Positions 11,213 to 21,236 are shown, counted from the first letter of the stretch. The stretch is 40,707 bases of DNA from an uncultured Flavobacteriales bacterium (GCA_937875855.1 CALFHF010000207.1:1-40707), one strand, 5' to 3'. Numbers and translations: made by a program. The notes: a model not told the origin generated them from the letters alone.

Positions 11213-11830
11213 TTACTTCTTCACTAAAACGATTGAACCATTAAACCCTGGCACAGCACCTTTCACGAAAAGTAATGACTTTTCAGGTACAATCTTCACT
11301 ATCTGAAGATTGAACGTAGTCACTCTTTCTCCTCCCATACGTCCAGCCATTCTCATTCCTTTGAACACGCGTGACGGATCAGAACCCGCTCCTACAGAAC
11401 CTGGCGCTCTTAGACGGTTATGCTGACCGTGGGTACTCTGTCCAACTCCAGCAAACCCGTGACGCTTAACAACTCCTTGGAATCCTTTTCCCTTAGACGT
11501 TCCTACTACATCAACAAACTCACCTTCAATGAAAAGATCAAGATTGATCTCTTTGCCCAATTCCATTTCTTGTTCGAATGAATCGAACTCAACGAGTTTC
11601 TTCTTAGGAGTGGTCTTCGCTTTCTTAAAGTGGCCAAGAAGTGGTTTACCCACGTTCTTCTCCTTCTTCTCACCGTATGCCAATTGTACCGCTTCATAAC
11701 CATCATTCTCCATGGTTTTGATCTGCGTCACCACATTGGGTGTGGCCTCAATCACTGTGCACGGAAGCATCTTTCCCTCTTCAGAGAAGATACTAGTCAT
11801 GCCGATTTTTTTACCTATGATACCTTGCAT
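11213..11830 (-). CDS. rplC: 50S ribosomal protein L3
   Basis: [38 protein letters not shown]. Confidence 0.99.
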   Translation of the reverse strand: MQGIIGKKIGMTSIFSEEGKMLPCTVIEATPNVVTQIKTMENDGYEAVQLAYGEKKEKNVGKPLLGHFKKAKTTPKKKLVEFDSFEQEMELGKEINLDLFIEGEFVDVVGTSKGKGFQGVVKRHGFAGVGQSTHGQHNRLRAPGSVGAGSDPSRVFKGMRMAGRMGGERVTTFNLQIVKIVPEKSLLFVKGAVPGFNGSIVLVKK

Positions 11831-11849
11831 TTTCTTAGCTGTTGCTGGT

Positions 11850-12155
11850 TCACACTTTAATCTCTACTTCAACTCCGCTAGGCAGCTCAAGACGCATTAG
11901 AGCGTCAACTGTCTTAGATGAAGAGCTGTAGATATCCATCAATCTCTTATAAGCACTCAATTCGAACTGCTCACGTGCTTTCTTGTTCACGTGTGGAGAA
12001 CGGAGGACGGTGTATATCCTCTTGTGCGTTGGCAATGGAACTGGACCACTTACGATGGCTCCTGTTGCCTTAACCGTTTTCACGATTTTCTCAGCACTCT
12101 TGTCTACGAGATTGTGATCGTAGGACTTTAATTTTATTCTGATCTTCTGACTCAT
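11850..12155 (-). CDS. rpsJ: 30S ribosomal protein S10
   Basis: [29 protein letters not shown]. Confidence 0.99.
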   Translation of the reverse strand: MSQKIRIKLKSYDHNLVDKSAEKIVKTVKATGAIVSGPVPLPTHKRIYTVLRSPHVNKKAREQFELSAYKRLMDIYSSSSKTVDALMRLELPSGVEVEIKV

Positions 12156-12170
12156 CTTTCCAGGTGCTAC

Positions 12171-14276
12171 TTAAGATTTCACTTTACCTTTTACTTTATC
12201 GATCACTTCGTCTGCTATATTCTTAGGCGCTGGTTCGAATCTCGCAAATTCCATTGTGGATGTCGCACGTCCAGAACTCATAGTTCTTAGATCTGTAACA
12301 TATCCAAACATTTCAGATAGAGGAACGAATGCTTTGATGACTTTGGCACCAGCCCTGTCATCCATACCCGTTACCATTCCACGTCTTCTGTTCAAATCTC
12401 CTACGATGTCTCCCATGTTCTCCTCAGGTGTCACCACTTCCATCTTCATGATAGGTTCAAGAAGCACTGGGTTCGCCTTAGGCATTGCTGTGCGGTAAGC
12501 AAGCTTTGCGCATAGTTCGAATGAAAGTGCATCTGAATCAACCGCGTGGAAAGATCCATCGAGCAATTCGACTTTCATCTTATCCATTGGGTATCCTGCA
12601 AGAACACCATTCTTCATGGATTCTTTAAATCCTTTCTCAATAGACGGGATGAATTCCCTTGGGATGTTACCACCCTTAATGCTATTGACAAATTTCAAAT
12701 CTTCTTCTTGATCCGGATCAGCGGCTCCGACATTAATGACCATATCAGCGAACTTACCGCGACCACCAGTCTGCTTCTTGTAGACCTCTCTGTGATTCAC
12801 AGTATTAGTCACCGTTTCTTTATAACTTACTTGCGGTTGACCCTGGCTACATTCTACTTTGAATTCTCTCTTCAAACGGTCCAAGATGATATCCAAGTGC
12901 AACTCTCCCATTCCTGAGATGATAGTCTGTCCTGAATCATGATCCGTTCTTACTTGGAATGTAGGATCCTCTTCAGCGAGCTTGTGCAAAGCAACACCAA
13001 GTTTATCTATGTCAGCTTGAGTTTTAGGCTCAATAGCGATTCCGATTACTGGGTCTGGGAAATCCATAGATTCCAAAACAATCGGGTGATCTAGGTCGCA
13101 TAAGGTGTCTCCTGTACGGATATCCTTAAACCCAACCAATGCAGCTATATCTCCAGCTTGAAGCTTGTCAATCTGATTCTGCTTGTTAGCGTGCATCTGG
13201 AAAATCCTAGAGATACGCTCCTTGTTCCCTGTTCTTGTGTTCAGGACATAAGATCCTGACTCTAGCACACCAGCATAAGCACGTGTGAAACAAAGTCTTC
13301 CTACGAATGGGTCAGTAGCAATCTTGAATGCCAATGAAGTGAAAGGCTCTTTTTCGCTTGGCTTTCTGCTTACTTCTAGTTCTGTCTTTGGATTAATTCC
13401 AATGATGGCTTCAGTATCCAAAGGCGAAGGAAGAATCTCCATCACATAATCAAGCATCGTCTGAACTCCTTTGTTCTTAAATGCAGTACCGCATGTCATA
13501 GGAACTATAGCTCCGCTAATCGTAGCCGCACGAAGGGCCTTCAATATTTCTGCTTCAGAGATTGAGTTTGGGTCCTCGAAGTACTTTTCCATCAAAGTAT
13601 CATCAAAATCTGCCACTGCTTCAAGCAATTTCTCACGATACATGGTAGCTTCCTCCAATATATCCTCTGGGATTGGCACCTCACTAAAGGTCATTCCTTG
13701 GTCTTCCTCGTTCCAAATAATTCCACGGAAGTTAATCAAATCAACAACTCCTTGGAAATGCTCTTCGTTACCGATAGGAATTTGAAGCGGGACAGCATTG
13801 CTTCCCAACATTTCCTTCACCTGCTTACACACTTTCAAGAAGTCAGCTCCTTGACGGTCCATCTTATTGACGAAACCGATACGTGGTACATTATAGTTGT
13901 TAGCCAATCTCCAGTTAGTCTCAGACTGTGGCTCTACACCATCAACGGCACTAAAAAGGAATACTAGACCATCCAAAACTCTCAAAGACCTATTCACCTC
14001 AACAGTAAAATCCACGTGCCCTGGGGTGTCAATGATGTTCACGTGATACTTAGTACCACGATAATCCCAATACACTGTGGTAGCAGCAGAGGTTATGGTA
14101 ATTCCTCTTTCTTGCTCCTGCTCCATCCAGTCCATAGTGGCAGCACCATCATGTACTTCACCAATCTTATGGCTAACACCAGAGTAGTAAAGGATACGCT
14201 CTGTGGTAGTCGTCTTTCCTGCATCGATGTGTGCAGCAATTCCGATATTCCTTGTATTTCTTAAGTCTCTTGACAT
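12171..14276 (-). CDS. fusA: Elongation factor G
   Basis: [33 protein letters not shown]. Confidence 0.99.
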   Translation of the reverse strand: MSRDLRNTRNIGIAAHIDAGKTTTTERILYYSGVSHKIGEVHDGAATMDWMEQEQERGITITSAATTVYWDYRGTKYHVNIIDTPGHVDFTVEVNRSLRVLDGLVFLFSAVDGVEPQSETNWRLANNYNVPRIGFVNKMDRQGADFLKVCKQVKEMLGSNAVPLQIPIGNEEHFQGVVDLINFRGIIWNEEDQGMTFSEVPIPEDILEEATMYREKLLEAVADFDDTLMEKYFEDPNSISEAEILKALRAATISGAIVPMTCGTAFKNKGVQTMLDYVMEILPSPLDTEAIIGINPKTELEVSRKPSEKEPFTSLAFKIATDPFVGRLCFTRAYAGVLESGSYVLNTRTGNKERISRIFQMHANKQNQIDKLQAGDIAALVGFKDIRTGDTLCDLDHPIVLESMDFPDPVIGIAIEPKTQADIDKLGVALHKLAEEDPTFQVRTDHDSGQTIISGMGELHLDIILDRLKREFKVECSQGQPQVSYKETVTNTVNHREVYKKQTGGRGKFADMVINVGAADPDQEEDLKFVNSIKGGNIPREFIPSIEKGFKESMKNGVLAGYPMDKMKVELLDGSFHAVDSDALSFELCAKLAYRTAMPKANPVLLEPIMKMEVVTPEENMGDIVGDLNRRRGMVTGMDDRAGAKVIKAFVPLSEMFGYVTDLRTMSSGRATSTMEFARFEPAPKNIADEVIDKVKGKVKS

Positions 14277-14303
14277 GATCTTATTCTCTCTCTACCGGAT
14301 GGG

Positions 14304-14774
14304 TCAGAATCTAAAATGCGCGAAAGCCTTATTGGCTTCAGCCATTCTATGTGTATCTTCTTTTTTCTTGAAGGCCGCGCCTTCTTCTTTTGCACCAGCG
14401 AGAATCTCAGAAGCAAGCTTCTTCTCCATTCCTTTTTCATTCCTCTTTCGGGAATAGCTGATTAACCACTTCATTCCTTGTGAAAGCTTACGATCTTCAC
14501 GTATAGGAGAAGGAATCTGGAAGGTGGCTCCACCAACCCTACGGCTTCTTACCTCTACGCCTGGACATATGTTAGTTAGTGCTTTCTTAAACACTTCCAA
14601 TCCATTTTCCTCACCGCTTTTCTCATCTACAATCTCGATTGCATCGTAGAAAATCTTGAACGCTTTCTCTTTCTTACCGTCAAACATCAGGTTATTGACG
14701 AACTTGGTAACCAAGGTGTCATTAAACTTCGGATCCGGTAGGATGATATGCTTTTTTGCCCTTTGCCTTCTCAT
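14304..14774 (-). CDS. rpsG: 30S ribosomal protein S7
   Basis: [30 protein letters not shown]. Confidence 0.99.
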   Translation of the reverse strand: MRRQRAKKHIILPDPKFNDTLVTKFVNNLMFDGKKEKAFKIFYDAIEIVDEKSGEENGLEVFKKALTNICPGVEVRSRRVGGATFQIPSPIREDRKLSQGMKWLISYSRKRNEKGMEKKLASEILAGAKEEGAAFKKKEDTHRMAEANKAFAHFRF

Positions 14775-14780
14775 GACCTA

Positions 14781-15155
14781 TTATTTCTTAGGACGTTTGG
14801 TACCATACTTACTTCTTCTTTGCTGCCTACCGGTCACACCCGCAGTGTCCAAGGCTCCTCGAACAATGTGGTAACGAACACCTGGAAGATCTTTGACCCT
14901 TCCTCCTCGAACTAGCACTATGCTGTGTTCCTGGAGATTGTGTCCTTCACCACCTATATAGGCGTTTACTTCGTTTCCGTTAGTCAGTCGCACCCTTGCT
15001 ACTTTCCTCATTGCTGAGTTCGGTTTCTTAGGTGTGGTTGTATAAACCCTGACACAGACTCCTCTCCTCTGCGGACAGGACGACAGTGCGGCTGATTTAC
15101 TGGTCTTGGTCAAGCTTTGTCGACCTTTTCTTACAAGTTGCTGAATTGTAGGCAT
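14781..15155 (-). CDS. rpsL: 30S ribosomal protein S12
   Basis: [34 protein letters not shown]. Confidence 0.99.
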   Translation of the reverse strand: MPTIQQLVRKGRQSLTKTSKSAALSSCPQRRGVCVRVYTTTPKKPNSAMRKVARVRLTNGNEVNAYIGGEGHNLQEHSIVLVRGGRVKDLPGVRYHIVRGALDTAGVTGRQQRRSKYGTKRPKK

Positions 15156-15208
15156 TTGCAGCTGTTTTCTTTCTAGGTATTATTTACCTCCCCATTTTTA
15201 GCGGGGTG

Positions 15209-15238
15209 CAAATTTAAACGATCATTTATTAAAAACAA
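15209..15238 (-). promoter_or_regulatory. Bacteroidota primary-sigma promoter of the ribosomal superoperon
   Basis: -7 element TAAATTTG (15216-15209) matches TAnnTTTG; TTG at 15238-15236 with a 19-nt spacer matches the -33 element. Confidence 0.8.
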
Positions 15239-15386
15239 CGGGTTGAGAAATTAATTCTCTCCTTTTTTCCATTAACAGCCCTTATTGGCAGAATTTCAGC
15301 TGTTTAGAGCGCTTTCTGATCGGCCGTATTCTGTTCGATGCTTATTGTCGAAAACTCTTCTTGGCATTCCCTTGGGGCTCTTTAGG

Positions 15387-16817
15387 TCAAAACGAGGCGT
15401 TCAATGGCGTGCGAGGAAATGGAATCACATCCCTTACATTGCCCATTCCTGTTAAAAACATAATTAGCCGCTCAAATCCAAGACCGAAGCCGGCATGTTT
15501 GCATGTTCCGAACTTTCTGGTCTCTAAATACCACCAAATGTGCTCCTCCGGAATATTGAACTGCTTGCATTTTTCCAATAACACTTCATAGCGCTCTTCA
15601 CGCTGAGAACCTCCCACTAACTCGCCTATTCCTGGGAATAGTATATCCATGGCCGCTACGGTCTTGCCATCCTCGTTGAGGCGCATATAGAAGGCCTTGA
15701 TTTGAGCTGGATAGTCAGTGAGGATGACTGGTTTCTTGAAATGTTTTTCCACTAAAAAGCGCTCGTGCTCACTTTGCAGGTCAGTTCCCCACTCTACCGG
15801 ATACTTGAATTTCTTCTTCTTGAAAGGGGTAGAATTCCTCAGAATTTCAATGGCCTCAGTATAGGTCAATCTCTCGTATGCATTAGCAACTACGAAGTCT
15901 AACCTATCTAGAAGCCCCATCTCATGGCGCTCATTGGTTGGTTTCTGTTTGTCTTCTTGTTGCTCTCTGTTATCAAGGTAGGCTAGATCATCAGCACAAT
16001 GCTCTTTTACATAGGAAATCACGCTACGCAACATGTCCTCAGCTAGATCCATATCATCCTTGAGGTCGGCAAAGGCGATTTCAGGTTCTATCATCCAGAA
16101 TTCAGCAAGATGCCTTGATGTATTGCTGTTCTCGGCCCTGAACGTAGGTCCAAAGGTGTACACTTTCCCTAGGGCCATAGCTCCAAGCTCGGCCTCTAGC
16201 TGCCCAGAAACGGTCAGGTTAGTGGTCTTTCCGAAAAAGTCCTTGCTGTTATCCACTTTTCCTGCTTTGTCTTTAGGAAGCTCATCGAGGTCAAACTGAG
16301 TGACCCTGAACATTTCACCCGCGCCTTCGGCATCAGAACCTGTGATGATGGGCGAATGCATCATGAAGAACCCATTATCATGGAAGTACTTATGAATAGC
16401 GAAGGAGGCCGCATGACGAACTCTAAATACAGCGCTGAATGTGCTCGTCCTCATACGCAAGTGGGCCTTTTCACGAAGGAAGTCCAAGGAATGCTTCTTA
16501 GGCTGAAGCGGATATTCATCAGGGTGGGCTATCCCGAGGACTCTCACCTCATCAGCTTGAATTTCAATATGTTGACCCTTCCCCTGTGACTCAACTACAA
16601 GCCCTATAACTTCTAGTGCTGCTCCGGTATGTAAAGTCTTCAAAGTCTGCTCATCGCAAGAGTCTACATCGACCACAATCTGGAGATTGTGAATGGTGCT
16701 ACCGTCATTAAGCGCGATAAAGCGATCATTTCTGAAGGTGCGAACCCAGCCATTGACCTTGACCTTTTTTCCTTTATGGTCGTTCTTTAATAGCTGAAGA
16801 ATCTCGATACGTCTCAT
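15387..16817 (-). CDS. asnS: Asparagine--tRNA ligase
   Basis: GWVRTFR OB-fold, [45 protein letters not shown]. Confidence 0.98.
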   Translation of the reverse strand: MRRIEILQLLKNDHKGKKVKVNGWVRTFRNDRFIALNDGSTIHNLQIVVDVDSCDEQTLKTLHTGAALEVIGLVVESQGKGQHIEIQADEVRVLGIAHPDEYPLQPKKHSLDFLREKAHLRMRTSTFSAVFRVRHAASFAIHKYFHDNGFFMMHSPIITGSDAEGAGEMFRVTQFDLDELPKDKAGKVDNSKDFFGKTTNLTVSGQLEAELGAMALGKVYTFGPTFRAENSNTSRHLAEFWMIEPEIAFADLKDDMDLAEDMLRSVISYVKEHCADDLAYLDNREQQEDKQKPTNERHEMGLLDRLDFVVANAYERLTYTEAIEILRNSTPFKKKKFKYPVEWGTDLQSEHERFLVEKHFKKPVILTDYPAQIKAFYMRLNEDGKTVAAMDILFPGIGELVGGSQREERYEVLLEKCKQFNIPEEHIWWYLETRKFGTCKHAGFGLGFERLIMFLTGMGNVRDVIPFPRTPLNASF

Positions 16818-16879
16818 GGATGTGATTTCTTATAAAAGGCCGCAAAGAAAATAAAATGGCGGCTAGCCGTGGCTATTTT

Positions 16880-17830
16880 TCAGCTCTTGACTGGCTGAAG
16901 GTGAATCTTTTGCCCTTTTTTAAGGGATTTATCGGCATCTAGCTCGTTATAGGCTTCCAATTTCTTAATCTTCACTCCATAGCGTTGGGATATAAGCCTA
17001 AGCGTTTCGCCTTCTAAAGAAAGGTGATACTCCGCCTTGGCCTTATTCTTCTTAGGCTGCAGATATACCATCTCACCTCCTTTGAATGTATAGGTGCTGC
17101 TCAAGTCGTTATACCTGGTTATTTGCCATGGAGCCATGTCCAATGACTTGGCAATACCATCCACACTGTCGCCATCTCTGGCAAGAATGAAGTCTATTCC
17201 ATTTGGGTGTTCAGATACAATACGACTCTGGCTCAGGTCGATGACCATATTATCAGAGGTATTAGAGCGGCCACGTGTATCAAACCTAGGCTCTGAAGCT
17301 TGTTTTAAGGCGATGGCATTTCCTGTTCCTGCATTGTCGTATTCACTTAACCCGTTCTCTTCGATGATTTTAATGAGTCGATCGGCATATCGTGGGTCGG
17401 TGGCATAGCCAGCTTTCTTTAACCCCTCGGCCCAAGACTTATAATCCGTTACTTCTAACTCATATAAAAACAAGTATCTGCTTCGCAACAAGAATGCAGA
17501 ATGATCTTCATAACTCTCTTGAGCACTGCGATACTTCCTAAAACACTCGTTTCTGCTATCATCATCCTGGTAGACTCCAGGACCATTCCATTCATGACAC
17601 TTAATCCCGAAGTGGTTATTCGCCCTTAAGCTCAAGTCACTTTTCCCGTCACCGCTCTCTAAGATACCTTGAGCCAATGTGATACTTGCCGGAATGCCAT
17701 GAAGTCGCATCTGTTCCTGAGCGACATTCTTCCACTGATTTATATAGCGTTGGCGGTCGCTTTTCTCTCCTCCGGCCGCAGCCAAGAGGTGAAAAAACAG
17801 GAGTCCTAGTATGCTTAGGTTCTTCAACAT
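16880..17830 (-). CDS. GH73 glucosaminidase-domain peptidoglycan hydrolase with two C-terminal LysM domains
   Basis: Signal peptide; IPASITLAQGILESG, NNHFGIKC, GYATDPRYA; LysM-like GDSVDGIAK..YN and GETLRLISQRYGV..L..YN. Confidence 0.92.
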   Translation of the reverse strand: MLKNLSILGLLFFHLLAAAGGEKSDRQRYINQWKNVAQEQMRLHGIPASITLAQGILESGDGKSDLSLRANNHFGIKCHEWNGPGVYQDDDSRNECFRKYRSAQESYEDHSAFLLRSRYLFLYELEVTDYKSWAEGLKKAGYATDPRYADRLIKIIEENGLSEYDNAGTGNAIALKQASEPRFDTRGRSNTSDNMVIDLSQSRIVSEHPNGIDFILARDGDSVDGIAKSLDMAPWQITRYNDLSSTYTFKGGEMVYLQPKKNKAKAEYHLSLEGETLRLISQRYGVKIKKLEAYNELDADKSLKKGQKIHLQPVKS

Positions 17831-18023
17831 GGGGATAGGTTCTTCTATCGATTGCGAAAGTCTAAAACTACAGAGCCCATTCAGGGGGATCGAACTCCGA
17901 CTTATTAACGAGTTAACAACGAATTGTTAATACGCTTGATTATGAAAACGCATATCTCATTGATCTACAACCTCTTATGATCGTTACATTCTCGCTTAAT
18001 GAGTCTTATAAAGTGGGAGTCCT

Positions 18024-18944
18024 TCAGATAAGAGAGAAATCCAGGCCCAACCTCTCCTCCATACCAGCTCTTCCTTGCAAGCCTCCTGTATGAATGGCCA
18101 GTATCCGCTTTCCTCTCGTGATCTTCTCTTTTTTAATCAGATCCATGAGCCCAAACATCATCTTAGCAGTGTAGACTGGATCCAATGGGATTCCAGTTTC
18201 CTTTTCAAAGTCTCTAATGAAAGTGATAAGATCTTCATTCAGCTTGGCATAGCCTCCAAAATGGTAGTCAGACTGGACGGTCACAAGCCCCTTTTGCCAT
18301 TGCCTTTCATCAATCCAAGGCCGCAGTGTCTTTTCAATGTCCATTCCTCTGAGCGCAGGGAAGATCCAGAGTTCTTGATTCGATTTTTTGCTTCGCAGTA
18401 GGCCAGCCGCTGTGCCTCCAGTCCCAAGCGCGGTGCAGACAATATTAAAGTCGCTTTTATCTTTCTTGGCCAATATCTCTTCACATCCTTTGACCCCTAG
18501 ATCATCGGACCCTCCTTCCGGTACATCCATCCATTTTCCTATAATTTTGTGGTCAGACTTGAGGTCTTTTATGGATTTTCTATAGTCAGCTCGACTAAGA
18601 AACAGGAACTTCATCCCTAATTCCTCCGCTTTTTTCAAGGTTGCGTTCAAGGGCTCTATACGCTCTCCGCGTACGAAAGCCACGGACTTAAATCCACTTT
18701 GACAACATGCCGAGGCTGTAGCGAGTATGTGATTAGAATAGGCTCCTCCTTTGGTTATAAACCCCTCATATTCTGAATGTTGCATCACCTCCAACATGTG
18801 ATACCTGAGTTTCCTCCATTTATTTCCAGAGACTTCAGGATGTATGAGGTCCTCTCTCTTGACAAACACCTCAACACCAGCCTCCTCAAGCAGCGGAAGT
18901 CTTAGTCTTTGATTCTCTGATATGATCTCTTGATTCCAATCCAT
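18024..18944 (-). CDS. PLP-dependent enzyme of the ACC deaminase/D-cysteine desulfhydrase family (desulfhydrase-like)
   Basis: KREDL, SGNKWRKL (PLP lysine), GGAYSNH, GTGGT, LDPVYTAK, HTGGLQG. Confidence 0.9.
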   Translation of the reverse strand: MDWNQEIISENQRLRLPLLEEAGVEVFVKREDLIHPEVSGNKWRKLRYHMLEVMQHSEYEGFITKGGAYSNHILATASACCQSGFKSVAFVRGERIEPLNATLKKAEELGMKFLFLSRADYRKSIKDLKSDHKIIGKWMDVPEGGSDDLGVKGCEEILAKKDKSDFNIVCTALGTGGTAAGLLRSKKSNQELWIFPALRGMDIEKTLRPWIDERQWQKGLVTVQSDYHFGGYAKLNEDLITFIRDFEKETGIPLDPVYTAKMMFGLMDLIKKEKITRGKRILAIHTGGLQGRAGMEERLGLDFSLI

Positions 18945-18954
18945 GATGATCGCC

Positions 18955-18962
18955 CGAAATTA
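18955..18962 (-). promoter_or_regulatory. Possible -7 promoter element for the PLP enzyme gene
   Basis: TAATTTCG (TAnnTTcG variant) 10 nt upstream of the ATG at 18944. Confidence 0.45.
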
Positions 18963-18999
18963 TCGAGATTCGCATACGCTTAAACGAAGAATGCAAAAA

Positions 19000-19149
19000 A
19001 TGAGTAAATCAGCGGCTTTGGACCCTGAAGATTTTTACTTGAGTCCTGAGGGATTCATAGTCTTTACTGAGGCTTACCTTCTAAAAAGAGGGTGTTGTTG
19101 TCAAAGTGGTTGCAGGCATTGCCCTTTCAAAAAAAATATAGCTCCATGA
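19000..19149 (+). CDS. Small Cys-rich protein, DUF5522-like (start could also be ATG 18991)
   Basis: DFYLSPEGFIVFTEAYLLKRGCCCQSGCRHCPF resembles the RG.CC..GCRHCP(Y/F) signature; stop overlaps the hutU start (ATGA). Confidence 0.85.
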   Translation: MSKSAALDPEDFYLSPEGFIVFTEAYLLKRGCCCQSGCRHCPFKKNIAP

Positions 19150-21152
19150 TCTCAGATACGAACACATTGAACTTTCAAGAACAGATTAAGCAAGGAATTC
19201 CTGATTCTTTGCCAAGTATGCCCAGTTTCGACCCTGCTATCAGCCGTGCCCCAAAACGTAAGGATATCTTAAATATTTCAGAAAAGAAACTTGCTCTTAA
19301 GAATGCGCTACGCTATTTCCCATCAAGCCTTCATGCAGAGCTTTTGCCCGAATTCAGAGAAGAACTCAATGATTTGGGGCGTATTTACATGCATCGCTTC
19401 AGGCCTGAAGGCACTATCAAGGCACATCCAATCTCTGAATACCCATGCAAATGCACACAAGCCGCTGCCATTATGCTCATGATTCAGAACAATTTGGATC
19501 CAGCAGTCGCCCAGCATCCTTATGAGCTAATTACCTATGGTGGAAATGGAGCTGTATTTCAGAATTGGGCTCAATATCTGCTATGCATGAAATATCTAAG
19601 CGAAATGACGGAGGAACAGACCTTGACCATGTATTCAGGTCATCCTATGGGACTATTTCCTTCGCACAAGGATGCTCCACGAGTGGTGGTGACGAATGGA
19701 ATGGTCATTCCTAATTATTCTAGCCCTGATGATTGGGAGAAGTTCAATGCCCTTGGCGTTAGTCAATACGGACAAATGACTGCTGGATCTTACATGTACA
19801 TTGGACCTCAAGGAATCGTTCATGGGACCACCATCACAGTGCTAAATGCCTGTAGGAAGCTGAAAAATCCGAGTCCGGCTGGAAAGCTCTTTGTCACTTC
19901 TGGCTTGGGTGGAATGAGTGGTGCACAGCCTAAGGCAGGAAACATAGCAGGAGTAGTGAGTATCACAGCCGAGATTAATGCGAAAGCAGCCTATAAACGC
20001 CAAGAGCAAGGATGGGTAGATGAAGTAATCCCTGACTTAGATGAACTCTTCAAGGAAGTGCAGGATTCGCGATTAAAAAAAGAAGCAAAGTCTTTCGCTT
20101 ATCTCGGAAATGCCGTGGATTTATGGGAAGCTATGGCAGACAAAGGAATTCAAGTAGACTTTGGCAGCGATCAAACCTCGCTGCATAATCCATGGGCTGG
20201 CGGATACTATCCCGCAGGGTTTAGTTATGAGGAATCTAATGAGCTTATGGTCAAAGACCCTGATGCTTTTAAAACAGCCGTTGAGGACTCATTGAAACGC
20301 CAGGTGAAAGCCATAAACGCGTTGACAGAAAATGGAATGTACTTCTTCGATTATGGAAATGCCTTCTTGCTCGAAGCCCTTCGTGCCGGTGCTGAGATAG
20401 CAGGAAAAGATGGAGCTGAATTCAGATACCCCTCCTATGTGCAAGACATCATGGGTCCGATGTGTTTTGACTATGGTTTTGGGCCATTCAGGTGGGTGTG
20501 CAGCAGCGGAAAACCAGAAGATCTGGACAAGACAGATGCTATAGCTGCTCAGGTGTTAGAGCAGATGCTCGAAGATGCACCAGCTGAGATCAGCCAGCAG
20601 ATAAACGACAACCTCATCTGGATCAAGGCTGCCAAGAAAAATGCGCTCGTGGTGGGTTCTCAATCGCGTATCCTCTATGCAGATGCTGAAGGAAGAATGC
20701 TCATTGCCAAGGCCTTTAATGACAGTATTAAGTCAGGAGAAATATCAGCTCCTGTAATACTGGGAAGGGATCATCATGACGTGAGCGGAACTGACTCACC
20801 GTATCGAGAGACGAGCAATATCTATGACGGGTCGAGGTTCACAGCAGACATGGCTGTGCAAAATTTCGTTGGGGATGGATTCAGGGGAGCTACATGGATT
20901 AGCCTGCATAACGGAGGTGGTGTCGGCTGGGGAGAAGTGATTAATGGTGGCTTTGGCATGGTTCTTTCTGGAGATAAAGACAGTGAAAGAAGATTAAAAT
21001 CTATGCTTCATTGGGACGTAAATAATGGCATCGCAAGACGTGGTTGGGCGCGCAATCTTGGTGCTTTATCGGCTATCAAAAGAGCAATGGATGCTGAGCC
21101 TTTATTGAAAGTCACCCTCCCTAACCTAGTTGACGAAAATCTCCTTGACTAG
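19146..21152 (+). CDS. hutU: Urocanate hydratase (long, 668-aa type; start moved to ATG 19146)
   Basis: YGQMTAGS, IGPQGIVHGT, GLGGMSGAQ, SDQTSLHN, GRDHHD, HNGGGVGWG. Confidence 0.96.
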   Translation: MISDTNTLNFQEQIKQGIPDSLPSMPSFDPAISRAPKRKDILNISEKKLALKNALRYFPSSLHAELLPEFREELNDLGRIYMHRFRPEGTIKAHPISEYPCKCTQAAAIMLMIQNNLDPAVAQHPYELITYGGNGAVFQNWAQYLLCMKYLSEMTEEQTLTMYSGHPMGLFPSHKDAPRVVVTNGMVIPNYSSPDDWEKFNALGVSQYGQMTAGSYMYIGPQGIVHGTTITVLNACRKLKNPSPAGKLFVTSGLGGMSGAQPKAGNIAGVVSITAEINAKAAYKRQEQGWVDEVIPDLDELFKEVQDSRLKKEAKSFAYLGNAVDLWEAMADKGIQVDFGSDQTSLHNPWAGGYYPAGFSYEESNELMVKDPDAFKTAVEDSLKRQVKAINALTENGMYFFDYGNAFLLEALRAGAEIAGKDGAEFRYPSYVQDIMGPMCFDYGFGPFRWVCSSGKPEDLDKTDAIAAQVLEQMLEDAPAEISQQINDNLIWIKAAKKNALVVGSQSRILYADAEGRMLIAKAFNDSIKSGEISAPVILGRDHHDVSGTDSPYRETSNIYDGSRFTADMAVQNFVGDGFRGATWISLHNGGGVGWGEVINGGFGMVLSGDKDSERRLKSMLHWDVNNGIARRGWARNLGALSAIKRAMDAEPLLKVTLPNLVDENLLD

Positions 21153-21205
21153 GATTCTCACTGATTTAACATAAGTTAAACATCCAATTTTTGGAGCTTA
21201 ATTCC

Positions 21206-21236
21206 TTGATTCTAGGCACATAAGGTTGTATCTTCG
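21206..21236 (+). promoter_or_regulatory. Probable promoter of the giant T9SS-substrate gene
   Basis: TTG (21206-21208), 20-nt spacer, TATCTTCG (21229-21236, TAnnTTcG variant). Confidence 0.55.

Noticed and set aside
14781-15155. Streptomycin-resistance substitutions in S12
   Set aside because: Both lysine sites are wild type (TPKKPNS, RVKDLPG)
15245-15386. Possible ncRNA or terminator between asnS and the rpsL promoter
   Set aside because: Only short inverted repeats (e.g. GAGAA-ATTAA-TTCTC, 15245-15259); no strong stem with U-tract or recognisable RNA family
1072-16589. Many 60-125 aa plus-strand ORFs antisense to ribosomal genes, secY, fusA and asnS
   Set aside because: Shadow frames of conserved genes with no recognisable motifs
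16853-16880. Hairpin after the GH73 gene as a terminator
   Set aside because: The stem is bulged and mismatched on the transcribed strand; too weak to call
17873-17901. tRNA-like 3' fragment on the minus strand (GTCGGAGTTCGATCCCCCTGAATGGGCTC)
   Set aside because: It has a GTTCGA T-loop-like core, but the T-stem has mismatches and there is no 5' half, anticodon arm, CCA or nearby integrase
18024-18944. Calling the PLP enzyme acdS (ACC deaminase)
   Set aside because: The diagnostic Glu and Leu are both replaced by Thr (DPVYT, HTGG)
19092-19145. Longer hutU start at 19092
   Set aside because: It overlaps the Cys-rich gene; the ATGA-coupled ATG at 19146 is more plausible
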